Below are positions 1 through 14,915 of a DNA stretch of 64,000 bases, one piece after another; positions within the stretch are counted from its first letter, which is position 1; each line of letters begins with the position of its first letter. The DNA comes from Actinomycetes bacterium (GTDB lineage: Bacteria; Actinomycetota; Actinomycetes; S36-B12). The position numbers were made by a program, and so were the translations under genes. The stretch is taken from NCBI GenBank assembly GCA_965227045.1, contig OZ245718.1:154291-218290 (forward strand). The letters run 5' to 3'. The notes under the pieces were generated by a model. It worked only from the letters and a program-made list of their open reading frames with translations, had not been told where the DNA came from and searched no databases.

Positions 1-1
1 G

Positions 2-1119
2 GTGCTGTACGTCGGCGGCGGCGTGATCCGCGCCGGTGCGTCGGGCGCGCTGCGCAGGCTGGCCGAGCTCACCGGCATTCCGGTTGTTACCACGCTGATG
101 GCCCGCGGAGCCTTCCCGGACAGTCATCCCCTGCACATGGGCATGCCCGGAATGCACGGCACGGTGGCTGCGGTCGGTGCTCTGCAGAAGTCGGACCTGC
201 TCATCACCTTGGGCGCGCGGTTCGACGACCGCGTCACCGGAAAGTTGTCCAGCTTCGCCCCGAAGGCGGCGATCATCCACGCCGACATCGATCCCGCGGA
301 GATCGGCAAGAACCGCCAGGCCGACGTGCCGATCGTGGGCGACCTCGCCGAGATCATCCCCGAACTCATCATCGCGATCGAGACCGAGCAGGCAGAGGGC
401 AAGTTCGGCGACTATGAGGCGTGGTACTCGCAGCTCTGGCGCATGCGCGAGAGCTACCCGCTGGGCTACGAGGAGCTCGGCGACGGGTCGCTGTCACCGC
501 AGTACGTGATCCAGCGACTGGGCATCATCTCCGGCGAGGACACGATCTTCACGTCCGGAGTTGGCCAGCACCAGATGTGGGCGGCGCAGTTCATCAAGTA
601 CGAGAAGCCCAACACCTGGCTGAACTCCGGGGGTCTGGGCACGATGGGCTACGCGGTCCCTGCGGCCATGGGGGCCAAGGTCGGCCGTCCCGATGCCACC
701 GTGTGGGCCATCGACGGCGACGGCTGCTTCCAGATGACCAATCAGGAACTGGCGACCTGCACGATCAATGACATCCCGATCAAGGTCGCCCTGATCAACA
801 ACGGCAACCTCGGCATGGTCCGACAGTGGCAGACCCTCTTCTACAACGAGCGCTACTCCAACACCGACCTGCAGTCCCATCGCTTCCCGGACTTCGTGAA
901 GCTGGCGGAGGCGTACGGCTGCTACGGACTGCGCTGCGACTCGCCCGAGCAGGTCGACACCACGATCGAGAAGGCCATGGGCATGAACGACGCGCCCGTC
1001 GTCATCGACTTCGTCGTCCACCCGGACGCGATGGTGTGGCCGATGGTCGCCGCCGGAACCAGCAACGACGACATCATGGTCGCTCGGGCCATGGCACCTG
1101 ATTGGGGCTCTGACGACTG

Positions 1120-1120
<1 letters not shown>
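2..1120 (+). CDS. ilvB: Acetolactate synthase large subunit (5'-partial)
   Basis: [21 protein letters not shown] and the TPP motif GDGCFQM...[12 protein letters not shown]; coupled to ilvN. Confidence 0.97.
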
Positions 1121-2735
<1,615 letters not shown>

Positions 2736-2764
2736 GCGGATTGGGTCACCGATAGACTCCGTCG

Positions 2765-4348
2765 GTGACCAAGGCCCGCGTACTCATCGCCGAAGAGCTC
2801 TCTCCCGCCACCGTCGAGGCCCTCGGGCCGGACTTCGAGATCGTCGAGTGCGACGGTGCCGATCGCACAGCGCTGCTGTCCGCGATCGTCGACGTTGATG
2901 CGATCCTCGTCCGATCGGCGACCATGGTCGACGCCGAAGCGATCGCGGCGGCGAAGCAGCTGAAGGTCATCGCGCGAGCCGGTGTCGGACTCGACAATGT
3001 CGACATCAAGGCAGCCACACTTGCCGGCGTGATGGTCGTCAATGCGCCGACCTCGAACATCGTCAGTGCGGCGGAGCTTGCCGTCGCGCTACTGCTCGCC
3101 TCGGCTCGCAACGTGGTTCCCGCCAGTTCCGCGCTGTCGAACGGGGAGTGGAAGCGCTCGAAGTACACCGGCGTCGAGGTTGCTGACAAGGTGCTCGGCA
3201 TCGTCGGTCTAGGACGCATCGGGGTGCTCGTCGCACAGCGCATGAGCGCCTTCGGCGTGAAGCTCATCGCGTACGACCCCTACGTGCAGCCGGCTCGCGC
3301 CGCGCAGCTCGGCGTGCGCATGGTGACTCTCGACGAACTCCTCGCGGAGAGCGACTTCATCACGGTCCACCTGCCTAAGACCCCCGAGACCGTCGGACTC
3401 ATCGGTGATCCCGAGCTGCACAAGGTCAAGCCGACCGTGCACATCATCAACGCCGCTCGCGGTGGCATCGTCGACGAGAAGGCGCTGTACGACGCCCTCG
3501 TCGACGGCCGCGTGGCCGGCGCCGGACTCGATGTCTACGCGAAGGAGCCGTGCACCGACTCCCCGCTCTTCGGCCTGGAAAACGTGGTCGCCACGCCGCA
3601 CCTCGGTGCGTCCACCGACGAGGCGCAGGAGAAGGCAGGCATCGCGGTGGCGAAGTCCGTGCGCCTGGCTCTGTCCGGCGAATTGGTCCCCGATGCCGTG
3701 AATGTGCAGGGTGGTCAGCTCGACGAGTCGATCAAGCCCATGCTGCCGCTGGCGGAGCGCCTCGGCGCGATCGCCTGCGGGCTGGCCGGCTCTGCAGTCG
3801 TGCGTGTCGACGTGGAGGCGCTCGGTGAGATCGCCGACCACGACGTTCGCGTGCTCGAGCTCTCCGCACTCAAGGGCGTGTTCCAGATGCTCGTCCACGA
3901 CCCGGTGTCGTTCGTCAACGCGCCGGTATTGGCTGAGCAGCGTGGCGTCGAGGTGGCGCTAACCACCGACCGCACGAGCGAGCACTACCGCTCACTGCTT
4001 CGGGTCACGCTGACGCAGACCGACGGCACCAAAGTCACCGTGGCGGGCACCGTCGCGGGAGCGCGCGATGTCGGCAAGCTCGTCGAGGTCGACACGTTCG
4101 ACGTCGACGTTCCGGTGAGCGAGCACATGGCGTTCTTCCGCTACCACGACCGTCCCGGAGTCGTCGGGGTGGTCGGCCGGGTGCTCGGCGAGGCCAGCGT
4201 CAACATCGGCGGCATGCAGGTCAGCCGCGATGAGGGCGGCCATGCGCTCATCGTCCTGACTGTCGACTCGGCGGTTCCCGCCGATCGCATCGACGCCATC
4301 GTCGCGGAGATCGGTGCGCACTCGGGCAAGGCCGTCGATCTCGCCTGA
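2765..4348 (+). CDS. serA: D-3-phosphoglycerate dehydrogenase (type I, ASB+ACT)
   Basis: RAGVGLDNVD, GLGRIG, INAARGG, TPHLGAST and a C-terminal ACT domain; TAGACT-6nt-GTG suggests a leaderless start. Confidence 0.96.
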   Translation: MTKARVLIAEELSPATVEALGPDFEIVECDGADRTALLSAIVDVDAILVRSATMVDAEAIAAAKQLKVIARAGVGLDNVDIKAATLAGVMVVNAPTSNIVSAAELAVALLLASARNVVPASSALSNGEWKRSKYTGVEVADKVLGIVGLGRIGVLVAQRMSAFGVKLIAYDPYVQPARAAQLGVRMVTLDELLAESDFITVHLPKTPETVGLIGDPELHKVKPTVHIINAARGGIVDEKALYDALVDGRVAGAGLDVYAKEPCTDSPLFGLENVVATPHLGASTDEAQEKAGIAVAKSVRLALSGELVPDAVNVQGGQLDESIKPMLPLAERLGAIACGLAGSAVVRVDVEALGEIADHDVRVLELSALKGVFQMLVHDPVSFVNAPVLAEQRGVEVALTTDRTSEHYRSLLRVTLTQTDGTKVTVAGTVAGARDVGKLVEVDTFDVDVPVSEHMAFFRYHDRPGVVGVVGRVLGEASVNIGGMQVSRDEGGHALIVLTVDSAVPADRIDAIVAEIGAHSGKAVDLA

Positions 4349-4367
4349 CAGCGCTGTTCGCGTTCCC

Positions 4368-5270
4368 ATGGACAGCCGGCATCGCGCCGGGCTGTGGTGG
4401 GCCTTTCTTGGAGTCCTTCTCTTCTCCTTCTCGCTTCCGCTCACCAAGGTCGCGGTCGGCGGCTTCGATCCGTTCCTGACCGCGACCGGCCGAGCCGTCA
4501 TCGCCGGCGCGCTGGCCGCGTTCTTGCTCCTGCTGCGACGCGTCCCGTGGCCGGCCCGCGAGCATCTCAAGCCGCTGATCTTCACGATGCTGGGCGCGGT
4601 ATTCGGCTGGCCGATCCTCCTGGCCCTGGCACTCGAGCGCACGACGTCGGCCCACGCGGCAGTGATCGCCGCGTTCATGCCGCTGACGACGGCGATGTTC
4701 GCCGTGCTCCGCATGCACGAGCGCGTGCCGCGCCAGTTCTGGATCGCGGCGGGAGTCGGCACTCTCGCCCTCCTCGGATTCGCGGTCTCGCGCGGTGGCG
4801 CTGAAGGCGGCGATGCGATTGCCGACCTGCTCATCGTGGGTGCGGTGCTCAGCTCGTCATGGTGCTACGTCGAGGGCGCGGCGATCACCAAGGTGATGCC
4901 CGGGTGGCAGGTGATCTCCTGGGTTGTCGTGCTCGCCCTCCCGGTCACGATCCCGGCTTCCGTCATCCTGTGGATCGCCACCTCGGGCAACTATGACACC
5001 ACAGCGGTCGAGTGGGGCTCCCTCATCCTGCTCGGCGTCTCGTCGATGTACCTCGGATTCTTCGCGTGGTACCGGGGCCTGTCCTTGGCCGGCGCGGCGT
5101 ACGGCGGCCAGGTGCAGCAGCTGCAGGCACTGCTGACCCTGCTGTGGTCCGCGCTGTTGCTGGGCGAGCAGGTCAACGCCATCACGGTCGCGGCGGCACT
5201 AGTCGTCGTGGGCTGCGTCGCGTGGGGCCAGCGGAGCCGTTCGCCGATGGTGAACGCACCCGAGGAGTGA
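4368..5270 (+). CDS. EamA/DMT family transporter
   Basis: About 10 hydrophobic helices in two EamA-like repeats (WYRGL...QLQALLTLLWSALLLGE); start placed at ATG 4368 after the serA stop. Confidence 0.85.
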   Translation: MDSRHRAGLWWAFLGVLLFSFSLPLTKVAVGGFDPFLTATGRAVIAGALAAFLLLLRRVPWPAREHLKPLIFTMLGAVFGWPILLALALERTTSAHAAVIAAFMPLTTAMFAVLRMHERVPRQFWIAAGVGTLALLGFAVSRGGAEGGDAIADLLIVGAVLSSSWCYVEGAAITKVMPGWQVISWVVVLALPVTIPASVILWIATSGNYDTTAVEWGSLILLGVSSMYLGFFAWYRGLSLAGAAYGGQVQQLQALLTLLWSALLLGEQVNAITVAAALVVVGCVAWGQRSRSPMVNAPEE

Positions 5271-5316
5271 GGATCACCGGAGGTACTCTGGGGTCTCAAC
5301 GAGAGGGCGGAGCACT

Positions 5317-7043
5317 GTGAACCACCTCCTCGTGGAGTACCTGAGGCCGCACAAGAAGGTCCTCGGCCTCATCGCGTTCCTTCTCCTCGTCCAGGCGGTC
5401 GGGACTCTTTACCTGCCGAACCTGAACGCCGACATCATCAATGACGGAGTCGTCACCGGGGATACGGGCTACATCATCCGGGTGGGAGCGATGATGCTCG
5501 CCGTATCGGCGGTTCTCGGCGCTGCGGCGATCGTTGCCGTGTACTTCAGCGCGCGCACCGCGATGCGCCTCGGGCGCGACATCCGCGCCGACCTGTTTCG
5601 AAGGGTCGAGAGCTTCTCACTCAGCCAGATGCACGATTTCGGGGTGCCCTCGCTGATCACGCGCAATACGAACGACGTGCAGCAATTGCAGATGCTCGTC
5701 ATGGTCGGCCTGACCATGATGCTTCTTGCACCGATCACTGCGGTCGGCGGCGCAGTGATGGCGATTCGCGAGAACGTTCAGCTGTCGGCCCTGCTTCTCA
5801 TCATGATTCCGCTGATGATCGGCGTCATCAGCCTGATGATCTTCAAGGCGATTCCCTTGTTCCGGTCGATGCAGGTGAAGATCGACAAGGTCAACGGTGT
5901 CCTCCGCGAGAACCTCACCGGCATTCGGGTCATCCGCGCCTTCGTGCGGACAGCGCACGAGGAGGCTCGATTCAACGACGCCAACGAGGACCTGACGGCG
6001 ACCGCGCTTCGGGTGACGAGACTGTTCGCGCTCATGATCCCAGCGCTCATGCTCATCATGTACCTGGCGAGTGTCGCGACTATCTGGTTTGGCGGGCACC
6101 TCGTCGCTGACGGATCGATGCCGATCGGCAACATGATTGCCTTCCAGTACTACATCATCCTCATCCTCGGCTCGGTGATGATGGCCGTGATGACGCTGAT
6201 GATGGTGCCGCGGGCGTCGGCAGCGGGCGAGCGGATTCGTCGGGTGCTCGACACGCTCCCGGAGATCAACGAGCCTTCGCCGCTCGACGACAACCTGACC
6301 TTCACCGGTCGCGTCGAGCTGCGCGACGTGGAGTTCCGGTACCCCGGAGCGCAGGAGCCCGTTCTCAGCGGCATCTCCTTCACAATGGCGCCGGGCACGA
6401 CAACCGCCATCGTCGGGGGTACCGGCTCGGGAAAGACCACGCTCGTGAACCTCCTGCCGCGCCTCATGGACGTGACCTCGGGCCAGGTGCTCATCGACGG
6501 CATCGACATCAAGGACATTCCCCTCGAGCAGCTGTGGCAACTGTTCGGGATCGTGCCGCAGAAGGCGTTCCTGTTCACCGGCACCGTGGGCAGCAATGTC
6601 CGCTTCGGTGAGCCGGAGGCGACCGATGAGCAGGTATGGGCCGCGCTCGACGTCGCCCAGGCGCGCGAGTTCGTCGACGAGCTGCCCGATGGCCTGGACT
6701 CGGAGATCGAGCAGGGCGGCGCGAACCTCTCGGGCGGGCAGCGGCAGCGCATGGCGATCGCACGGTGCATCGTCCGCCAGCCCCTGATCTACCTGTTCGA
6801 CGACAGCTTTTCCGCGCTGGACTACTCGACAGACGCCCGGCTGCGCGCGGCGCTCGTCGAGCAGACTCGTCAGAGCACCGTGGCGATCGTGGCGCAGCGG
6901 GTCCGCACGATCATGGACGCCGACCAGATCGTCGTCCTCGATGCGGGTCGGGTCGTGGGCCTGGGCAGGCACGAGGACCTGATCGAGGCGTGTGAGCCCT
7001 ACCGGGAGATCGTGCTCTCCCAGATGTCGCTCGAGGAGGCCGG

Positions 7044-7047
<4 letters not shown>
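5317..7047 (+). CDS. Heterodimeric ABC exporter subunit 1 (TMD+NBD, degenerate site)
   Basis: Walker A GGTGSGKT, LSGGQRQ, degenerate Walker B YLFDDSFSALD and AQR switch; TM287/Rv1273c-like. Confidence 0.93.
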
Positions 7048-10859
<3,812 letters not shown>

Positions 10860-10938
10860 GGTGCGCACACGTTAGCAGGTGTGTCGTGATGCGCTCCTGC
10901 GGATAGGCTCATCCCGTCTAAGCCCATGAGGAGGACTG

Positions 10939-12519
10939 GTGGCAAAAGCCAAGGTTGTGGCAGCGAGCGCGTTGGTGCTCATGGTGGCTAGCGCCTGTTC
11001 TTCGGGAAGCAGTTCGGAGTCTTCGACCTCCGCGGGCTCGGCATCGGCGGTCGCCGACGGGTCGGTCACCTCGTACAAGAAGGCACAGCAGGCGGTGATT
11101 CAGATCGTCGCCGACGGCGAGTACGTCGACATGTCCACCGGCGAGACGGTCCAGTCGTCCGGCGCCGGCAGCGGCTTCATCATCGACCCCTCGGGCATTG
11201 CTGTGACCAACGCGCACGTCGTCGAAGGCGCGGGGTCCATCAAGGTCTTCATCGGCGGAGACGACGAGCCGATCAACGCCAAGATCCTCGGCGTCTCGGA
11301 GTGCAACGACCTCGCGGTCATCGACCTCACCGGTGACGGCTACACGTACGTGAAGTGGTTCACCGGCACGCCGGAACTCGGTACCGACGTGTGGGCCGCT
11401 GGCTTCCCGCTCGGTGATCCCCAGTACACGCTCGTCGACGGTTCCATCGCCAAGAACAACGCCGACGGCGACACGTCGTGGGCGAGCCTGGACTACTCGC
11501 TGCAGGACACCGCGCAGATCCAGCCGGGCAACTCCGGCGGGCCGCTCCTCATGGAGGACGGCTCGGTTGTCGGCGTCAACTACATGGCCGCGGACGTGAC
11601 GAACACCACCCAGTTCTTCGCGATCCCGCAGGCGATTGCCGCCCCTGTGGTCGAGGTGCTCCGCACCGGCATGGACCAGGACTCGATCGGCATCAACGGC
11701 GAGGCGTTCTACGACGAGGCCAGCTCGCTCGCCGGAGTGTGGGTATCGGGAGTCCGCTCGGGCAGTCCGGCGAGCAATGCCGGTGTAGAGGCGGGCGACG
11801 TCATCGTGCAGATGGAGGGCCGCGACGTCGTCAAGGAGGCCGATGTCACGAGCTTCGGCCCCACCAAGGCCGGCTACTGCGATGTGCTGCGCACCAAGGG
11901 CACCGACAACGCGATCAAGTTGCAGATCTTCCGCCCCTCGACGGGCGAGGTCCTCGAGGGCGAGGTGAACAACCCGCAGAAGCCGCTGGTCGCGATCAGC
12001 ACGATCGACAACAACTCAGCGGGGCAGACCGAGACCGACAGCAGCACGACCGAGGAGTCGGCCTTCTCGTCGGTGACCGACGACAACGGCGGCATGACGG
12101 TCGACATCCCGGACGTGTGGTCGGACGTCAGCACCGCACCCGGGGATGACTACAACGCCATCACGGCGAGCACCAACATCCAGGACTGGATCGCGGGCGA
12201 TGCGTCAGGCGTGGGCTACTACGAATTCGAGGGGGCGCTCACCGACAAGGAGATCGCGGACCTGATGGACAGCGTGACCGCGGACGACCCGATCATCCCC
12301 ACCTGTACGGACAGCGAGGCCGGCGAGATCACCGAGGGCGAAGGCTACGTGTTCGTGGGCAACTCGTACTGGTCATGCAATGGCACCGACTCCGCGTACT
12401 ACGTGTCGATCAGGTCGTACGCCGATCAGGACAGGCATGTCGTGCTGTACGGGCAGTTCACCACCGACCAGGAGGTTGAGTTCCTCAACCGGAGCCTCGC
12501 GTCCCTGACGATCTCCTAG
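10939..12519 (+). CDS. Lipoprotein S1C (HtrA-like) serine protease with PDZ domain and an acidic C-terminal extra domain
   Basis: Lipobox VASAC; triad motifs TNAHVV, DLAVI, GNSGGP; PDZ-like GSPASNAGVEAGDVIV. Confidence 0.88.
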   Translation: MAKAKVVAASALVLMVASACSSGSSSESSTSAGSASAVADGSVTSYKKAQQAVIQIVADGEYVDMSTGETVQSSGAGSGFIIDPSGIAVTNAHVVEGAGSIKVFIGGDDEPINAKILGVSECNDLAVIDLTGDGYTYVKWFTGTPELGTDVWAAGFPLGDPQYTLVDGSIAKNNADGDTSWASLDYSLQDTAQIQPGNSGGPLLMEDGSVVGVNYMAADVTNTTQFFAIPQAIAAPVVEVLRTGMDQDSIGINGEAFYDEASSLAGVWVSGVRSGSPASNAGVEAGDVIVQMEGRDVVKEADVTSFGPTKAGYCDVLRTKGTDNAIKLQIFRPSTGEVLEGEVNNPQKPLVAISTIDNNSAGQTETDSSTTEESAFSSVTDDNGGMTVDIPDVWSDVSTAPGDDYNAITASTNIQDWIAGDASGVGYYEFEGALTDKEIADLMDSVTADDPIIPTCTDSEAGEITEGEGYVFVGNSYWSCNGTDSAYYVSIRSYADQDRHVVLYGQFTTDQEVEFLNRSLASLTIS

Positions 12520-12537
12520 CCCATCTATTGTTCGGCC

Positions 12538-13596
12538 ATGTCTCGAACCTTGTCCTTGGCCCTTATTCCCGGTGACGGCATTGGCACGGAGGTCGTCGCC
12601 GAGGCGATGAAGGTGCTCACGGCGATCGCGCCCGCGGCCGATCTCGACGTCGTCACGACGGAGTACGACCTGGGCGCGCGGCGCTACAACGCCACCGGTG
12701 AACTGCTGCCGGACTCGGTGGTCGAGGAGCTGCGCGCGTACGACGCGATCCTGCTGGGAGCGATCGGCGATCCCTCGGTGCCGCCGGGAGTGCTCGAGCG
12801 CGGAGTGCTGCTGCCGCTGCGCTTTCTCATGGATCATCACGTCAACCTGCGCCCGGTGAAGCTGTACCCCGGAGTGGTCGGCCCACTGGCCGGAAAGACG
12901 ACCGCCGACATCGACTTCGTCGTATGCCGCGAGGGCACCGAAGGCCCCTACGTCGGTGCCGGCGGCATCCTTCGGGAGGGCACGCCTCACGAGGTCGCCA
13001 CCGAAGTCAGTCTCAATACGTCCTTCGGTGCGGAGCGGATCATCCGCGACGCGTTCGATCGTGCGACCCGCCGGCGCAACAAGGTCACCCTGGTCCACAA
13101 GACCAATGTGCTCGTGTACGCGGGCAGCCTGTGGCAGCGCACCTTCGACATGGTGGCCCGCGAGTACCCGCAGGTCACGACCGACTACTGCCACGTCGAT
13201 GCAGCGGCGATGTTCTTCCTGACGAATCCCGAGCGCTTTGACGTCGTTGTCACAGACAACCTGTTCGGCGACATCCTCACCGACATCGGTGCCGCGATCG
13301 TCGGAGGAATCGGCCTGGCCGCCAGTGGCAACATCGACCCGAGCCGGTCCAACCCGAGCATGTTCGAGCCCGTCCACGGATCGGCACCGGACATCGCCGG
13401 TCAGGGCAAGGCAGATCCGACCGCCACGGTCATGTCACTTGCAATGCTCCTTGATCACGTGGGCGAGCCGGCGGCTGCCGGCTGGGTCGAGACCGCGGTC
13501 GAGGCCGACCTCGCCAGCCGCGGCGGCCGAGTACGCAGCACCAGTCAGATCGGTGACGACCTCGCCGCCGGCGCCAGCGCCGCCGCAATCAACTAG
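12538..13596 (+). CDS. leuB: 3-isopropylmalate dehydrogenase
   Basis: [39 protein letters not shown]; leaderless TATTGT-6nt-ATG. Confidence 0.96.
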   Translation: MSRTLSLALIPGDGIGTEVVAEAMKVLTAIAPAADLDVVTTEYDLGARRYNATGELLPDSVVEELRAYDAILLGAIGDPSVPPGVLERGVLLPLRFLMDHHVNLRPVKLYPGVVGPLAGKTTADIDFVVCREGTEGPYVGAGGILREGTPHEVATEVSLNTSFGAERIIRDAFDRATRRRNKVTLVHKTNVLVYAGSLWQRTFDMVAREYPQVTTDYCHVDAAAMFFLTNPERFDVVVTDNLFGDILTDIGAAIVGGIGLAASGNIDPSRSNPSMFEPVHGSAPDIAGQGKADPTATVMSLAMLLDHVGEPAAAGWVETAVEADLASRGGRVRSTSQIGDDLAAGASAAAIN

Positions 13597-13641
13597 CCGA
13601 CACCTCTCGCAAGAAAACGACGGGAAAGGTACCGTCTGACC

Positions 13642-14763
13642 ATGACGATCCTGGAATCCGGCACCGCGCTGTGGCCCTTCGCGTTGAGCCCGTCCGACCA
13701 CCCGGTCGACGCGGCCGAGCGCGCGGCCGTACTCGAGGACCCCGGATTCGGCCGTTCGTTCACGGACAACATGGTGCGCGCCACGTGGACCGAGGCCGAC
13801 GGCTGGCATGACGCGCGCCTTGAGGCGTACGGCCCGCTGATGCTCGATCCGGCAACGAACTTCATCCACTACGGCCAGGCGATCTTCGAGGGTCTGAAGG
13901 CCTACCGGCACGCCGACGGCACGATCCGCACCTTCCGGCCGCAGCAGAACGCCGAGCGCTTCGCCAACTCCTCGCGCCGACTGGCGATGGCGGAGGTGCC
14001 CACCGAGCTGTTCATCGGCTCGATCGAGGCCCTGGTGCGCGCCGACCGGGACTGGGTGCCCGAGGGCCGCGAGAAGTCCCTGTACCTGCGTCCGTTCATG
14101 ATCTCCACCGAGATCGGTCTGGGCGTCCGTCCGGCAAATCGCTACGAGTACCTGCTCATCGCGTCGCCCGCCGGCGCGTACTTCCCGCGCGGCGTGAAGC
14201 CGGTGACGGTGTGGCTGTCCGACGACTACGTTCGCGCTGCCGCCGGCGGAACCGGTGAGGCGAAGTGCGCCGGCAATTACGCGGCATCGCTCCTCGCCCA
14301 GGCTGAGGCGGCTCACCATGGCTGCGATCAGGTGGTCTGGCTCGACGCGATCGAGCGTCGCTGGATCGAGGAGATGGGCGGCATGAACCTGTACTTCGTC
14401 CTCGGCGAGGGCGACGCTGCCCGCCTGGTGACCCCCGAACTGACCGGCAGCCTGCTGCCGGGCATCACGCGCAGCAGCCTCCTTCAGGTTGCCTCGGACC
14501 TTGGCATCCGCGCCGACGAGGCGCGGATCAGCGTCGAGGAGTGGCGCGAGGGCTGCGCGAGCGGCGATATCACCGAGACGTTCGCGTGCGGTACCGCAGC
14601 GGTCATCACGCCGGTCGGCGAGGTGAAGTCCCGCACGAGCGGATCGTGGACCGTGGGCGAAGGTGGCACCGGCCCGGTGACGACCCGGCTTCGCAACGCT
14701 CTTCTGGACATCCAGACTGGCGAGGGTCCGGACACCCACAACTGGATGCACACCATCTGCTGA
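13642..14763 (+). CDS. ilvE: Branched-chain amino acid aminotransferase
   Basis: HYGQAIFEGLKAY, AKCAGNY, EEMGGMN, LPGITR, GTAAVITPV. Confidence 0.96.
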   Translation: MTILESGTALWPFALSPSDHPVDAAERAAVLEDPGFGRSFTDNMVRATWTEADGWHDARLEAYGPLMLDPATNFIHYGQAIFEGLKAYRHADGTIRTFRPQQNAERFANSSRRLAMAEVPTELFIGSIEALVRADRDWVPEGREKSLYLRPFMISTEIGLGVRPANRYEYLLIASPAGAYFPRGVKPVTVWLSDDYVRAAAGGTGEAKCAGNYAASLLAQAEAAHHGCDQVVWLDAIERRWIEEMGGMNLYFVLGEGDAARLVTPELTGSLLPGITRSSLLQVASDLGIRADEARISVEEWREGCASGDITETFACGTAAVITPVGEVKSRTSGSWTVGEGGTGPVTTRLRNALLDIQTGEGPDTHNWMHTIC

Positions 14764-14794
14764 CCTGACGGTTGACGTGTGGCAGTATGGGCCC

Positions 14795-14824
14795 GTGTTC
14801 AGCATCGCCACCATCATTGAGTAG
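14795..14824 (+). CDS. Ile-rich leader peptide MFSIATIIE upstream of cimA
   Basis: GTG TTC AGC ATC GCC ACC ATC ATT GAG TAG, preceded by TGg-CAGTAT-6nt (extended -10, leaderless). Confidence 0.75.
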   Translation: MFSIATIIE

Positions 14825-14847
14825 CGCGTCGACGTTCGTCGACGCGC

Positions 14848-14875
14848 AGCCCTTCGCACCCGCGGGGGGCTTTTT
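14848..14875 (+). terminator. Intrinsic terminator of the cimA leader (attenuator)
   Basis: AGCCCTTCGC-accc-GCGGGGGGCT followed by TTTT; preceded by hairpin GCGCGTCGAC-gttc-GTCGACGCGC (14824-14847). Confidence 0.85.
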
Positions 14876-14915
14876 CGTTGGCGGACCAGGCACGCACCGA
14901 CTTTAAGGATCGACC

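Noticed and set aside
14787-14906. Alternative ATG-started uORF (MGPCSASPPS...) before cimA
   Set aside because: It has no regulatory codon cluster, its ATG overlaps the -10 box and it runs through the terminator; the GTG frame fits better
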